The notes beneath the pieces were generated by a model. That model did no database searches. It had not been told where the DNA came from and saw nothing but the letters and a program-made list of their open reading frames with translations. Below are positions 7,765-16,646 of a DNA stretch of 64,000 bases, in pieces; within the stretch, counting starts at the first letter, position 1, and each line of letters starts with the position of its first letter. The DNA is taken from NCBI GenBank assembly GCA_964372755.1, contig CAYJQX010000004.1, positions 10,766 through 74,765 on the forward strand, written 5' to 3'. This stretch comes from an uncultured Candidatus Saccharibacteria bacterium (lineage in GTDB: Bacteria > Patescibacteriota > Minisyncoccia > UBA9983). The translations under genes and the position numbers were made by a program.

Positions 7765-8511
7765 TTAAGATGTTCCCGCGAAACGATATTTTTCAGATCT
7801 TAAAAAATTTTCAACTATGGGAACATCTTCCGGATTTCCAAAATCCAGCCAAGTTCCCAGGAGATTATGAGCCACGACATTGCCCTTTTTTGCCATTTGA
7901 GCGATCGCGTCGGTCAATTCATATTCGCCTCTGTTTGAAGGAGAGAGATTTTTGATGACATCAAAAATTTCCCGAGAGACGACATAAGCGCCCGAGGCGA
8001 CCCAGTTGGAAATAAAATTTTTCGGTTTTTCTATCAAATCTTTTACACGGCCATTTTCTATAATCGGCACGCCGTATTTTTCTGGAGTTTCTGTTTTATG
8101 AAGATATAAGTGGCACAGGCTATCTTTGCGCGAGCGCATATGAAGCAGGTCTTCGACCGAATAAAGATTGTCGCCGTAAATAGAGATAAAAGTTTTATTT
8201 TTTATTAAATCTTGGGCGCTTAAGATTGCCAGAGCGGTGCCGTACTTGTCTTCTCCCATTTTTTGAAACTGATTGATACAGATAAGATTGGGAAAAATTT
8301 CTTTGTGTTCTTCCACAAAATCAAAGATGGCTTCCACGTGATTGCCGGCGACAAGAATTATTCTTTTAAAGCCGGCTTTTTTCATGTTGTGGAGGAGATA
8401 AAAAAGGAACGGTTTTCCAGCCACAGGGATAAGATGTTTTGGCCGTGCTATCGCCAATTCTTTCATTCTTGTTCCTCGACCAGCGACGGGAATTACCGCG
8501 GTGGAGATCAT
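7765..8511 (-). CDS. Sugar-phosphate nucleotidyltransferase (NTP_transferase family; GalU/RmlA/GlmU N-domain-like)
   Basis: The N-terminal motif is VIPVAGRGTRMKELAIARPKHLIPVAGKPFLFY. The 248 aa form a Rossmann-like nucleotidyltransferase fold. Confidence 0.8.
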   Translation of the reverse strand: MISTAVIPVAGRGTRMKELAIARPKHLIPVAGKPFLFYLLHNMKKAGFKRIILVAGNHVEAIFDFVEEHKEIFPNLICINQFQKMGEDKYGTALAILSAQDLIKNKTFISIYGDNLYSVEDLLHMRSRKDSLCHLYLHKTETPEKYGVPIIENGRVKDLIEKPKNFISNWVASGAYVVSREIFDVIKNLSPSNRGEYELTDAIAQMAKKGNVVAHNLLGTWLDFGNPEDVPIVENFLRSEKYRFAGTS

Positions 8512-8550
8512 TAAAAAATAGAACAGAGCCGATGTTTTGTCGGTAACAAA

Positions 8551-8565
8551 TTTTGCCGGAGGTGG
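8551..8565. repeat. 15-nt direct repeat of the tRNA-Leu 3' end plus flank (ttttgccggaggtgg). It recurs at 8732-8746, where it overlaps the tRNA 3' end.
   Basis: The identical 15-mer occurs twice about 180 bp apart. In tRNA sense it spans the acceptor 3' strand, the discriminator and aaaa. Such arrangements are typical of att-site duplications at tRNA 3' ends. Confidence 0.45.
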
Positions 8566-8669
8566 TGGAAAATGACTTGGTCACAAGTTCCGCTTTCGTT
8601 GGCCACTCAAGCGGACTCGCGACCCCAGCTCGCCATTTTGTCCTGCTGGACAAAATATGGCTGCGCTTT

Positions 8670-8734
8670 TCAAGTCCCACGCGTTTCGCAAGTAGTTGCG
8701 AAACTCTCCGTCAAAAACTTACTTCGTTCTTTTT
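8670..8734 (-). repeat. Conserved tRNA 3' trailer module (hairpin gtttcgcaag-tag-ttgcgaaac plus an inverted partial T-arm copy ttcaagtcccac). It is shared with the tRNA-Glu locus.
   Basis: In tRNA orientation, about 30 nt after the 3' end comes the hairpin gtttcgcaactacttgcgaaac. Next is gtgggacttgaa, the reverse complement of the tRNA's own T-loop/stem. The trailer aligns with 51283-51348. Confidence 0.5.
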
Positions 8735-8815
8735 TGCCGGAGGTGGGACTTGAACCCACAAGCCTTGCGGCACACGATTTTGAGTCGTGCGTGTATACCA
8801 TTCCACCACTCCGGC
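8735..8815 (-). tRNA. tRNA-Leu (anticodon CAA), a type II tRNA with a long variable arm
   Basis: The reverse-complement fold has acceptor gccggag/ctccggc and a 3-bp D-stem. The anticodon stem is cacga/tcgtg with loop ctCAAaa. The variable hairpin is gccgcaaggc and the T-arm is gtggg-ttcaagt-cccac. Confidence 0.85.
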
Positions 8816-8900
8816 GATTATATCAAGATATATTTGAGGGCTTGATTCCAAAGACTATCTTATCTCCTATTTTCTATTTTTTCAATTTACTTTATAATAC

Positions 8901-9884
8901 GTGTATAAACAAAGAGATATGAATATTCCTCAAAATAACATCGATAATTTCGAAGAAAAATTTTCCAGAAGCATTTTTTTGATAGAAGTGGAAAAAATAA
9001 AACCGAATCCGATGCAACCAAGACGGGAGTTTGATCCGGAAGCTCTGGCTAATTTGTCCGAATCCATTCGCCAGTACGGCATTCTCCAGCCTCTTGTGGT
9101 GACAAGAAGAGAAACAGAGGTTGAGACTGGAACTTTGGTGGAATACGAACTTATCTCGGGAGAAAGAAGACTGCGGGCTTCTAAGCTGGCGGGCTTGTTG
9201 CAAGTGCCCGTTATCATCAGAAACGAGCACGGCAACAAAATGAAGCTGGAATTGGCCATTATAGAAAATCTTCAGCGCGAGGATTTGAACGCCATGGAGA
9301 GGGCTGAAGCTTTCCAAAAATTGGCCGAAGACTTTGACTTGCGCCACCACGAAATCGCCAACCGGGTGGGAAAGAGCCGAGTTTTTGTGACCAATACCAT
9401 CCGTCTCCTTACTTTGCCGGAAGACATGAAAGAAGCCTTGAGAAGGGGAGACATTTCGGAAGGGCATTGTCGTCCTTTGTTGATGCTGGTGGAGAGACCG
9501 CATGAACAATTAGCGTTATTTCAAGAAATGCTTGATCGGAAAATGACGGTAAGGGAAGCGGAGAGAATTTCTCGAAATATTGCCGTGGAGCGCTCAAAAA
9601 ACCATGGCAAAGAAAGCCCCATTGAGCTTCAAGCAAGAGAGGTGGCAAAAGAGTTGGCAGATTTTTTAGGGACGCGCGTTTTGGTTGAAGCTTTGGGAGA
9701 CAAAGGTGGCCGCATTCTGATTGATTTTTTTTCGCCGGAGGAGATGAGGTCTTTTTTAAATAGAGTCAAATTAGGAGGCAAAGAATCTATTCTTGATGAG
9801 GAGGTTGATCTTACGGAGGAAAACAAAAATGAATCCCAAGAAGAAAACAAGGGGCCCGATTATCTAACCTCTTTCTCCTTGTAA
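8901..9884 (+). CDS. parB: Chromosome partitioning protein ParB/Spo0J family
   Basis: The ParB N-domain is marked by ISGERRLRASKLAG. An HTH region follows, then a C-terminal acidic/dimerisation tail. TATAAT at 8888-8893 suggests the true start may be the internal Met (MNIPQ). Confidence 0.8.
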   Translation: MYKQRDMNIPQNNIDNFEEKFSRSIFLIEVEKIKPNPMQPRREFDPEALANLSESIRQYGILQPLVVTRRETEVETGTLVEYELISGERRLRASKLAGLLQVPVIIRNEHGNKMKLELAIIENLQREDLNAMERAEAFQKLAEDFDLRHHEIANRVGKSRVFVTNTIRLLTLPEDMKEALRRGDISEGHCRPLLMLVERPHEQLALFQEMLDRKMTVREAERISRNIAVERSKNHGKESPIELQAREVAKELADFLGTRVLVEALGDKGGRILIDFFSPEEMRSFLNRVKLGGKESILDEEVDLTEENKNESQEENKGPDYLTSFSL

Positions 9885-9889
9885 ATCTA

Positions 9890-11368
9890 TTATGAGGATT
9901 TTGGTTTTTTGGGTTTATCTTTGCGAAGGGAGGATTTGATGTGTCTTTTTGCCAGAGAAGTTGTTGCTTCTCGAATCCATTCCGGATTGGCTTTTTTGTT
10001 TTTTTGCGTTTTTATTTCCACCAAATCTCCGTTTTTAAGAGGCGTGATGAGGGCGCAATATTTATGATTTATGAAGGCTCCCGTGGCGGAATTGCCAATG
10101 TCGGAGTGGATTGCGTAGGCAAAATCTATGGCGGTGGCTCCTTCGGGCAGATCTATCACCTCACCTTTTGGTGTAAAACAAAAAACACGGTCATTGAAAA
10201 AATCGATTCGGAGGGAGTCCAAAAATTCTCTGGACTGAGTGGCATTTTTTTGAAGTTCAATCAACTGATTAACCCAGGCCATCTTTGGCTTTATTCGCGC
10301 TCCGTGTGAAGGTTTTCCTGATTCTTTATAACTCCAGTGGGCCGTGATGCCATGTTCGGCTTCTCTGTGCATTTCTTCCGTTCTAATTTGGATTTCCGTA
10401 ATCTTTCCGTCATTTGCAAAAACAGTTGTGTGAATGGATTGATACCCGTTTGGTTTAGGAATGGCGATATAATCTTTTATTTTCCCGGGAAGAGGTTTCC
10501 ATATTTTATGGACAACGCCCAAGGCTTTGTAACACTCTTCAATAGAAGGGACTATCACTCGAAGGGCAATCAGATCGTAAATGCGATTGATGTCCATTTC
10601 CTTTTCTGGTTCAAGTAATTTCTTGTAAACGCTGTATAGATGCTTTATTCTTGAATCTATTTCTAGGACCTTGACTCCTTCGACAAGAAGAGTGGCGTAA
10701 AGATTTTTCTTTATTTTCTCAAGAATTTTTTTCTGTGATTCCTCCTTTCCTTTTATTAGGTTTTTAACATAAATGAAATCTTTTGGATAAAGGTAAGCAA
10801 AAGCCAAGTCTTCCAGCTCGGCGTTTAGCTGACCCATACCAAGACGCTTGGCTAACGGAGCGTATATTTCGGATGTTTCCAGGGCGATACGTTTTTGTTT
10901 TTCATGAGGCAAGGCGGAGAGGGTCTTCATATTATGAAGACGGTCGGCAAGACGAATCAAAACGACTCGGATGTCCTCGGCCATGGCTAAGAACATCCTG
11001 CGAAGATTTTCCACCCGCCCTTCTTCACCTCGATATTTTAACTCGCCAAGCTTGGTTACCCCTTGAACTAAAAAAAGTATTTCATCGCCAAATTCTTTAC
11101 GGATGGCAAGCGTTGTATTGCCCAAAATCGGATGATCGGGAAAGTCTTCTATAACGTCATGAAGAAGGCCGGCAGATATAGTTTCGGCGTCCATCCCTAA
11201 TTCTGCTAAAGTTTTGGCGACAGAGGCAGGATGTTCAAAATATTTTTCTCCTGAAGCGCGAACTTGGTTTTTATGGGCAATCTCGGCGAATTTCCAAGCT
11301 TTGGTAATAAGCGGAATATCTTCCGGTTTAGAATTTTTCAGTGAGGACAGTATTTCTTCCAGGAGCAT
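9890..11368 (-). CDS. rel: (p)ppGpp synthetase/hydrolase of the RelA/SpoT family, short form (HD, synthetase and TGS domains; no ACT/C-terminal regulatory region)
   Basis: The HD motif is HPASVA...LLHDVIED. The synthetase motif is RIYDLIALRVIV...GYQSIHTTV. The TGS-like region is FTPKGEVIDLPEGATAIDFAYAIHSDIG. Only 492 aa are present. Confidence 0.88.
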   Translation of the reverse strand: MLLEEILSSLKNSKPEDIPLITKAWKFAEIAHKNQVRASGEKYFEHPASVAKTLAELGMDAETISAGLLHDVIEDFPDHPILGNTTLAIRKEFGDEILFLVQGVTKLGELKYRGEEGRVENLRRMFLAMAEDIRVVLIRLADRLHNMKTLSALPHEKQKRIALETSEIYAPLAKRLGMGQLNAELEDLAFAYLYPKDFIYVKNLIKGKEESQKKILEKIKKNLYATLLVEGVKVLEIDSRIKHLYSVYKKLLEPEKEMDINRIYDLIALRVIVPSIEECYKALGVVHKIWKPLPGKIKDYIAIPKPNGYQSIHTTVFANDGKITEIQIRTEEMHREAEHGITAHWSYKESGKPSHGARIKPKMAWVNQLIELQKNATQSREFLDSLRIDFFNDRVFCFTPKGEVIDLPEGATAIDFAYAIHSDIGNSATGAFINHKYCALITPLKNGDLVEIKTQKNKKANPEWIREATTSLAKRHIKSSLRKDKPKKPKSS

Positions 11369-11447
11369 AATAATGTTTTTTATGAGTAAATAGAGAGAGA
11401 CCAGAATCTGCAGTCCTATCAGAAATTGGCGCCTAATTTTTTAGAAT

Positions 11448-13517
11448 TTAAGTATTTTCTTCGGCGTTTTCTCCTTTTGGATTTTTCCAAGACGCGTATT
11501 TGCAATCCGGATATCGGGAACAGCCAAAAAACATTCTCTTATTTCTTGAAAATTTAATGACTACCTCTCCTTCTTTGCAATCTGGACACTGCATTCCGAT
11601 AGTCTTGGGAGGCTCTTTTACGGATTTGGTGTTTTTACATTCTGGAAAACCGGTACAAGCGAGAAATTTTCCGAACCGACCCCTTTTTAAAATCATCGGT
11701 TTACCGCATTTTTCGCAAACCTCGTCTGTTTCTTCCTCGGTGTTTGTTTTTTCAACCGATTCGTATTTTTTCTCTAGCAAGGCGCTGAAAGGACCATAAA
11801 ATTCGCCGATAGTTTTGGACCATTCTTTTTTCCCGAGAGAAATGTCGTCGAAATCCTCTTCTATCTTGGCGGTAAAACCAACGTCTACAATTTGCGGAAA
11901 ATGTTCCACCAAGAGATTGCTGACCATGGTTCCTACCTCTGTTGGCACAAACCTCCTATCGCTGTTTTTTTCGACGTAATTTCTGGCGCGGATAGTAGAA
12001 ATAGTCGGGGCGTAAGTAGACGGCCTGCCGATGCCGAATTCTTCCATTGTTTTTACCAGACTTGCTTCATTGTATCGCGCTGGTGGTTCGGTGAAATGCT
12101 GTTCCGGCAGGAGTTCAACAAGTTCCAACTTTTCTTTTTCTTCAAGCGGAGGCAAATTTTTCTCATTTATTTTTGCGGGATAGACTTTTAGAAATCCGTC
12201 ATATTTTAAGATATTGCCGGTGGCTTTAAAGCCATAATCTTTTGCTTCTATTATTACGGAGGTGGCGTCAAAAATAGCTTCTTTCATTTGACAGGCTATA
12301 AATCTTTTCCAGATGAGAGAATAAAGTTTTTGAGCGCGGGGCTCTAATTCCAGATTTTCCGGCAGTTTGCTTGGATCGGTCGGGCGGATAGCTTCATGAG
12401 CTTCTTGGGCTCCCTTGCTTTTATTTTTGAAAATCCTTGGCTCTTCCAAAACGTAGTCTTGTCCAAAAGAATCGGCGATAGTTTTGTTGGCCCCTTCAAT
12501 CGATTCTCTGGAAAGATTTACCGAGTCGGTGCGCATGTAAGTTATCAAACCATTTTCATAGAGAGATTGGGCAACCATCATTGTTTGCTTGGCGGAATAA
12601 CGGAGCTTGTTTGCCCCTTCTTGTTGGAGAGTGCTGGTTGTAAAAGGAGGTAGAGGCGATCGACGAACTTCTTTCTTTATTATTTTTGAAATTCTGTATT
12701 CTGCGTTTTTGAGATCTTCCAAAATTTTGTCCGCCCTTTCTTTATTTTTTATTTCCAATTTCTCGATATTTTTTTCTTGATGAGAAAAGAGAGACGCTTC
12801 GAATTTATCTTCATCTTTTTCTTTTTTTAAGGAGGCGGTTAATGACCAATATTCATCGGCCTTAAAGTCAGCGATCTCTTTTTCTCTATCGACGATAAGA
12901 CGAAGCGCGACAGATTGAACACGTCCGGCGGAAAGGCCTCGAAAGATTTTTTTCCATAAAAAAGGCGAAAGCTTATAGCCGACTAGCCTGTCTAGAACTC
13001 GGCGGGCTTGTTGGGCGTTAACCAAATTGATGTCTATCTCGCGGGGGTGTCCCAAGGCTTCTTCAATGGCTGTTTTGGTAATCTCATGAAAGACAATGCG
13101 CTTGACGGGTATTTTTTTTTCCTCTTGGGTTTCTTCAGACGAAACAGCTCCCTCGCTTGCGTTTTTGGCTTGAGATTTTTTGGATGTCTTTTTCTGGTTT
13201 TTAGGTTTAGATTTTAGTTTGTCGAGGCTTAGAGCTTGAACGAGATGCCAAGAAATGGCCTCACCCTCTCTGTCTTCATCGGTCGCTAAAATGATTTCTT
13301 CGGCTTTTGGAACTAATTTTTTTAATTCACCGATTCTTTTTTTGGATTTTACTGGAATAAGATATGAAGGCTCAAAATTATTTTCTATGTCTATGCCGAT
13401 TTTGGACTTTGGAAGATCACGAACATGCCCGTAGGATGATTCTACTTTATAATCCTTTCCTAGAAATTTTCCTATTGTATTAGCCTTTGTGGGGGATTCC
13501 ACGATTACAAGTTTCAT
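11448..13517 (-). CDS. topA: DNA topoisomerase I
   Basis: The TOPRIM N-terminus is MKLVIVESPTKANTIGKFLG. The topo IA core follows. C-terminal zinc ribbons are present (CEKCGKPMILKRGRFGKFLACTGFPECKNTK and CPDCKEGEVV...CSRYPDCKY). Confidence 0.95.
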   Translation of the reverse strand: MKLVIVESPTKANTIGKFLGKDYKVESSYGHVRDLPKSKIGIDIENNFEPSYLIPVKSKKRIGELKKLVPKAEEIILATDEDREGEAISWHLVQALSLDKLKSKPKNQKKTSKKSQAKNASEGAVSSEETQEEKKIPVKRIVFHEITKTAIEEALGHPREIDINLVNAQQARRVLDRLVGYKLSPFLWKKIFRGLSAGRVQSVALRLIVDREKEIADFKADEYWSLTASLKKEKDEDKFEASLFSHQEKNIEKLEIKNKERADKILEDLKNAEYRISKIIKKEVRRSPLPPFTTSTLQQEGANKLRYSAKQTMMVAQSLYENGLITYMRTDSVNLSRESIEGANKTIADSFGQDYVLEEPRIFKNKSKGAQEAHEAIRPTDPSKLPENLELEPRAQKLYSLIWKRFIACQMKEAIFDATSVIIEAKDYGFKATGNILKYDGFLKVYPAKINEKNLPPLEEKEKLELVELLPEQHFTEPPARYNEASLVKTMEEFGIGRPSTYAPTISTIRARNYVEKNSDRRFVPTEVGTMVSNLLVEHFPQIVDVGFTAKIEEDFDDISLGKKEWSKTIGEFYGPFSALLEKKYESVEKTNTEEETDEVCEKCGKPMILKRGRFGKFLACTGFPECKNTKSVKEPPKTIGMQCPDCKEGEVVIKFSRNKRMFFGCSRYPDCKYASWKNPKGENAEENT

Positions 13518-13564
13518 TTTGAGTTGGGTGTTTCTTTGAAGGAAACTATATATTTATACATCAT

Positions 13565-14449
13565 TTATCGATTCCTGTAAATTTTTCCGTTAGAGTTTTT
13601 AATAAGGCCTTTTATTTCCATAAAAGCAAGGGCCGGCAGAATTTCTTGAGAAGGCATTTTTAATTCTTGGATGAGCCGATCTTTTTCTAAAGGTTCGGTT
13701 AATTTTTGCCAAATCTGGTCTTCAAGACCTTCAAGATTTATTTCTTTTGAATCCTGATTTTTTTCAAAATCAACACCCCAAGCTTCTAAAATATCTTGCC
13801 CGCGAGTTACGGGGATCGCTCCTTCTTTGATGAGCTTGTTTGTTCCTTTGGAGTTTTCTGAAAAAATTGGTCCGGGCACGGCAAAAACTTCTCGATTAAA
13901 TTCTAGAGCAAAATTGGCTGTGATAAGCGCTCCGCTTTTCTCTGGCGCTTCTATAACCAAAATTCCACGCGAAAGACCTGCTATAATCCTGTTTCTTTGG
14001 GGGAATGTATAGGGGGCAGGAGGTTGTTCCCAATCAAATTCAGAAATCAAAGCGCCTTGTTTTTTTATTATTTCTTCGGCTAACTTTTGATTTTCTTTTG
14101 GATAGAGAACTTTGCTGTCCAAACCGGATCCCGGAACAGCGATAGTGCGGATGTTATTTTTTAAGGAAGTCCTGTGGACTATCGTGTCTATGCCATAAGC
14201 CAGTCCGCTTACTGTGACGAGCTGTTCTTTTAAGAGAAAAGAAAGCTCCTCAATGATTTTTTCCGTAACCTCTTCTCCATAATGGGAATTTTTTCTGGTG
14301 CCAACGATTCCCAAATATATCTCTGCTTTGGGTATTTCGCCAAGCAAAAAAAGTTCTTCCGGTGCTTTAGGGATTTCTTGCAAAGCTTCGGGAAAGTCTT
14401 TTTTGAGAAGAATTTTTCTTTCCATAATGCCAAGCTTAGTATAACCCAT
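13565..14449 (-). CDS. dprA: DNA processing protein DprA (Smf)
   Basis: The Rossmann-like DprA core is marked by GIDTIVHRTSL and VIEAPEKSGALITANFALEFNREVFAVPG. The dprA-topA synteny is conserved. Confidence 0.9.
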   Translation of the reverse strand: MGYTKLGIMERKILLKKDFPEALQEIPKAPEELFLLGEIPKAEIYLGIVGTRKNSHYGEEVTEKIIEELSFLLKEQLVTVSGLAYGIDTIVHRTSLKNNIRTIAVPGSGLDSKVLYPKENQKLAEEIIKKQGALISEFDWEQPPAPYTFPQRNRIIAGLSRGILVIEAPEKSGALITANFALEFNREVFAVPGPIFSENSKGTNKLIKEGAIPVTRGQDILEAWGVDFEKNQDSKEINLEGLEDQIWQKLTEPLEKDRLIQELKMPSQEILPALAFMEIKGLIKNSNGKIYRNR

Positions 14450-14532
14450 AAAAGATGTTTTTCATCTTGGGAAGTGGGTTTACATATCCTTTCATTGCGT
14501 CATGGCAGTGAAAGGGCTAAAATAAAATCACC

Positions 14533-15786
14533 ATGCTGGACATTAAATTCATTCGAGAAAATGCAGAATTGATTAAGCAGGCCGTTTCAAAAAAACGGAT
14601 GGATTTTAGTGTTCATGAACTTTTGTCTTTGGACGAAAAAAGATTGTCTCTTTTGAAAAGTGTGGAGGAGCTTCGTTCTGTCCAAAATGCCGAGTCGGAT
14701 ATGATTGCCAAAATGATGAACACGGAAGAGAAGTTCAAAGCCATTGAGAGGATGAAAATTCTGAAAGAAAATTTAACCGTCAAAGAAGGTGATTTAAGGA
14801 AGATTGAAGAAAAATGGAAAACTTTGATGTTGCAAGTACCGAACGTGCCGGACCCTTCTGTGCCAGAAGGCGAATCTGACGCGCAGAATGAAGAAGTGGA
14901 AAAGTGGGGTACTTTGCCCGTGTTTTCTTTTGAGCCCAAAAATCATATTGATTTAATGGAATCTTTAAAACTTGTTGATTTTGAAAGAGGCTCTAAAGTG
15001 GCTGGTTATAGAGGATATTTTCTCACTGGTGATGGCGCCCGTCTTAGCTTTGCACTGACAATGTTCACTTTGAATTTTTTGATTAAAAAAGGATTTATCC
15101 CAATCATTGCGCCTAGTTTGATTAGGGCAGAAAATTTCGTTGGTACTGGCTGGCTTCCTCAAGGGGAAGAGGAAGTTTATAAAACGCAGGATGAAATGTA
15201 TCTTGCGGGTACGGCGGAGGTTCCCCTTATGGGATTTCACGCTGGCGAAGTTTTGGAAGAGAAAGATTTGCCAAAAAAATATGTTGGCTTTTCGCCTTGC
15301 TTCAGGCGAGAGGCGGGAAGCCACGGCAAGGACACAAAAGGTGTTTATCGCGTTCATGAGTTTTATAAAATGGAACAAGTAGTTTTGTGCAAAGCCGACC
15401 ATCAGGAATCTGTTCGGATTCACGAGGAAATCTCACAGAACGCCAAAGAAATCATGCAAATACTGAAGATTCCTTATAGGGTTGTGGTTAATTGTGGCGG
15501 AGATCTCGGTTTAGGCCAAGTAAAAAAATATGACATTGAAGCTTGGGTGCCTTCCGAGGGTCGTTATAGGGAAACACACTCGGCTTCTTATTTCCATGAT
15601 TTTCAAACTAGGCGACTAAATATCCGTTATCGCGACGGGGAGGGAAAAATTCGTTTTACTCACTCTCTCAATAACACTGCTTTCGCGTCGCCGAGGATTC
15701 TCATTTCTCTCGTTGAAAATTATCAGGAATCGGATGGCTCCGTGCGTATTCCAGAAGCTCTAAAACCCTATTTTAATTTAAATTAA
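14533..15786 (+). CDS. serS: Seryl-tRNA synthetase
   Basis: There is an N-terminal coiled-coil tRNA-binding arm. The class II motifs FRREAGSHGKDTKGVYRVHEF and GLGQVKKYDIEAW are present. Confidence 0.95.
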   Translation: MLDIKFIRENAELIKQAVSKKRMDFSVHELLSLDEKRLSLLKSVEELRSVQNAESDMIAKMMNTEEKFKAIERMKILKENLTVKEGDLRKIEEKWKTLMLQVPNVPDPSVPEGESDAQNEEVEKWGTLPVFSFEPKNHIDLMESLKLVDFERGSKVAGYRGYFLTGDGARLSFALTMFTLNFLIKKGFIPIIAPSLIRAENFVGTGWLPQGEEEVYKTQDEMYLAGTAEVPLMGFHAGEVLEEKDLPKKYVGFSPCFRREAGSHGKDTKGVYRVHEFYKMEQVVLCKADHQESVRIHEEISQNAKEIMQILKIPYRVVVNCGGDLGLGQVKKYDIEAWVPSEGRYRETHSASYFHDFQTRRLNIRYRDGEGKIRFTHSLNNTAFASPRILISLVENYQESDGSVRIPEALKPYFNLN

Positions 15787-15789
15787 AAC

Positions 15790-16614
15790 ATGCCTCGCCC
15801 AGGCAAGAGAGATGTCTTAGAACGTTCTCGTCTTATTCGTTTACGTTCTCGCTTGCGAAAAATTTTTTGGTTTGTTTTTTTTATCGTTGCTTTGATTGTG
15901 GCGATGGTTTTTGTTTTTAAGCTGAATTATTTCGAGATAAAAAATATAGAAGTTTCCGGAAATCTGGATATAGAAAAAGATGATATAAAAAAAGAGGTCT
16001 ATGAGCAGTTGCAAGGGAAATATCTTCATTTTTTTCCCAAGAATGGATATCTTTTTCTATCCAGAGAAAAAATTGAGAGCAACTTAAAACAAAAATTTCC
16101 AAACGCTTTTTCTATTCTGGTTAGAAAAGAATTTCCGGATCGCTTGCGAATTTTTATTGTTGAGAGAAATATCAAAGCCGTATATTGCTCATTAGAAAGA
16201 GACAAATGTGGCTTTGTAGATAGTCGAGGATATGTTTTTGCGCCATCGCCGATTTATACGGATGGAGTTTACCTTGTTATAACCGCCTCTGCTTCCAATT
16301 CACCACAAAAACTTGAAAATTTTACGGGTTTTGATTTGCCAGAAAAAGAAAATCTCTCAAAAATTCTGACTTTTGTAGAGAATTTTCAAAAACTCGGGAA
16401 AGAAATTTATCGTGTGGATATTGGGCAAGACGGAGTTTATCGGTTTTATTTCTCTGAAGAATGGTATGCAGTAATGAAAAAAAGCGATAATTTTTTGGAA
16501 AATGCTCATAATCTCCGTGTTCTTCTTGAAGAAAAGCTTAAAGAGAAATCTCTCCTGCTTGAATATGTTGATTTACGATTGGGGAACAAGATATTTTATA
16601 AGTTTAAAAATTAA
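15790..16614 (+). CDS. ftsQ: Cell division protein FtsQ/DivIB-like (N-terminal TM plus POTRA)
   Basis: A single N-terminal TM helix is followed by a POTRA-like beta-alpha region (IKNIEVSGNLDI...RIFIVERNIKAV). Assignment is weak. Confidence 0.5.
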   Translation: MPRPGKRDVLERSRLIRLRSRLRKIFWFVFFIVALIVAMVFVFKLNYFEIKNIEVSGNLDIEKDDIKKEVYEQLQGKYLHFFPKNGYLFLSREKIESNLKQKFPNAFSILVRKEFPDRLRIFIVERNIKAVYCSLERDKCGFVDSRGYVFAPSPIYTDGVYLVITASASNSPQKLENFTGFDLPEKENLSKILTFVENFQKLGKEIYRVDIGQDGVYRFYFSEEWYAVMKKSDNFLENAHNLRVLLEEKLKEKSLLLEYVDLRLGNKIFYKFKN

Positions 16615-16646
16615 CAGGGAGAAAAGATAGAAAATGAAATTTTATT

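Noticed and set aside
8366-8922. Track ORFs 8366-8680, 8553-8753 and 8572-8922 in the NTP-transferase to tRNA-Leu gap
   Set aside because: They overlap the tRNA-Leu gene and the conserved trailer and repeat sequences. The similar peptide fragments (SSCET) arise from the shared trailer hairpin rather than from a protein family.
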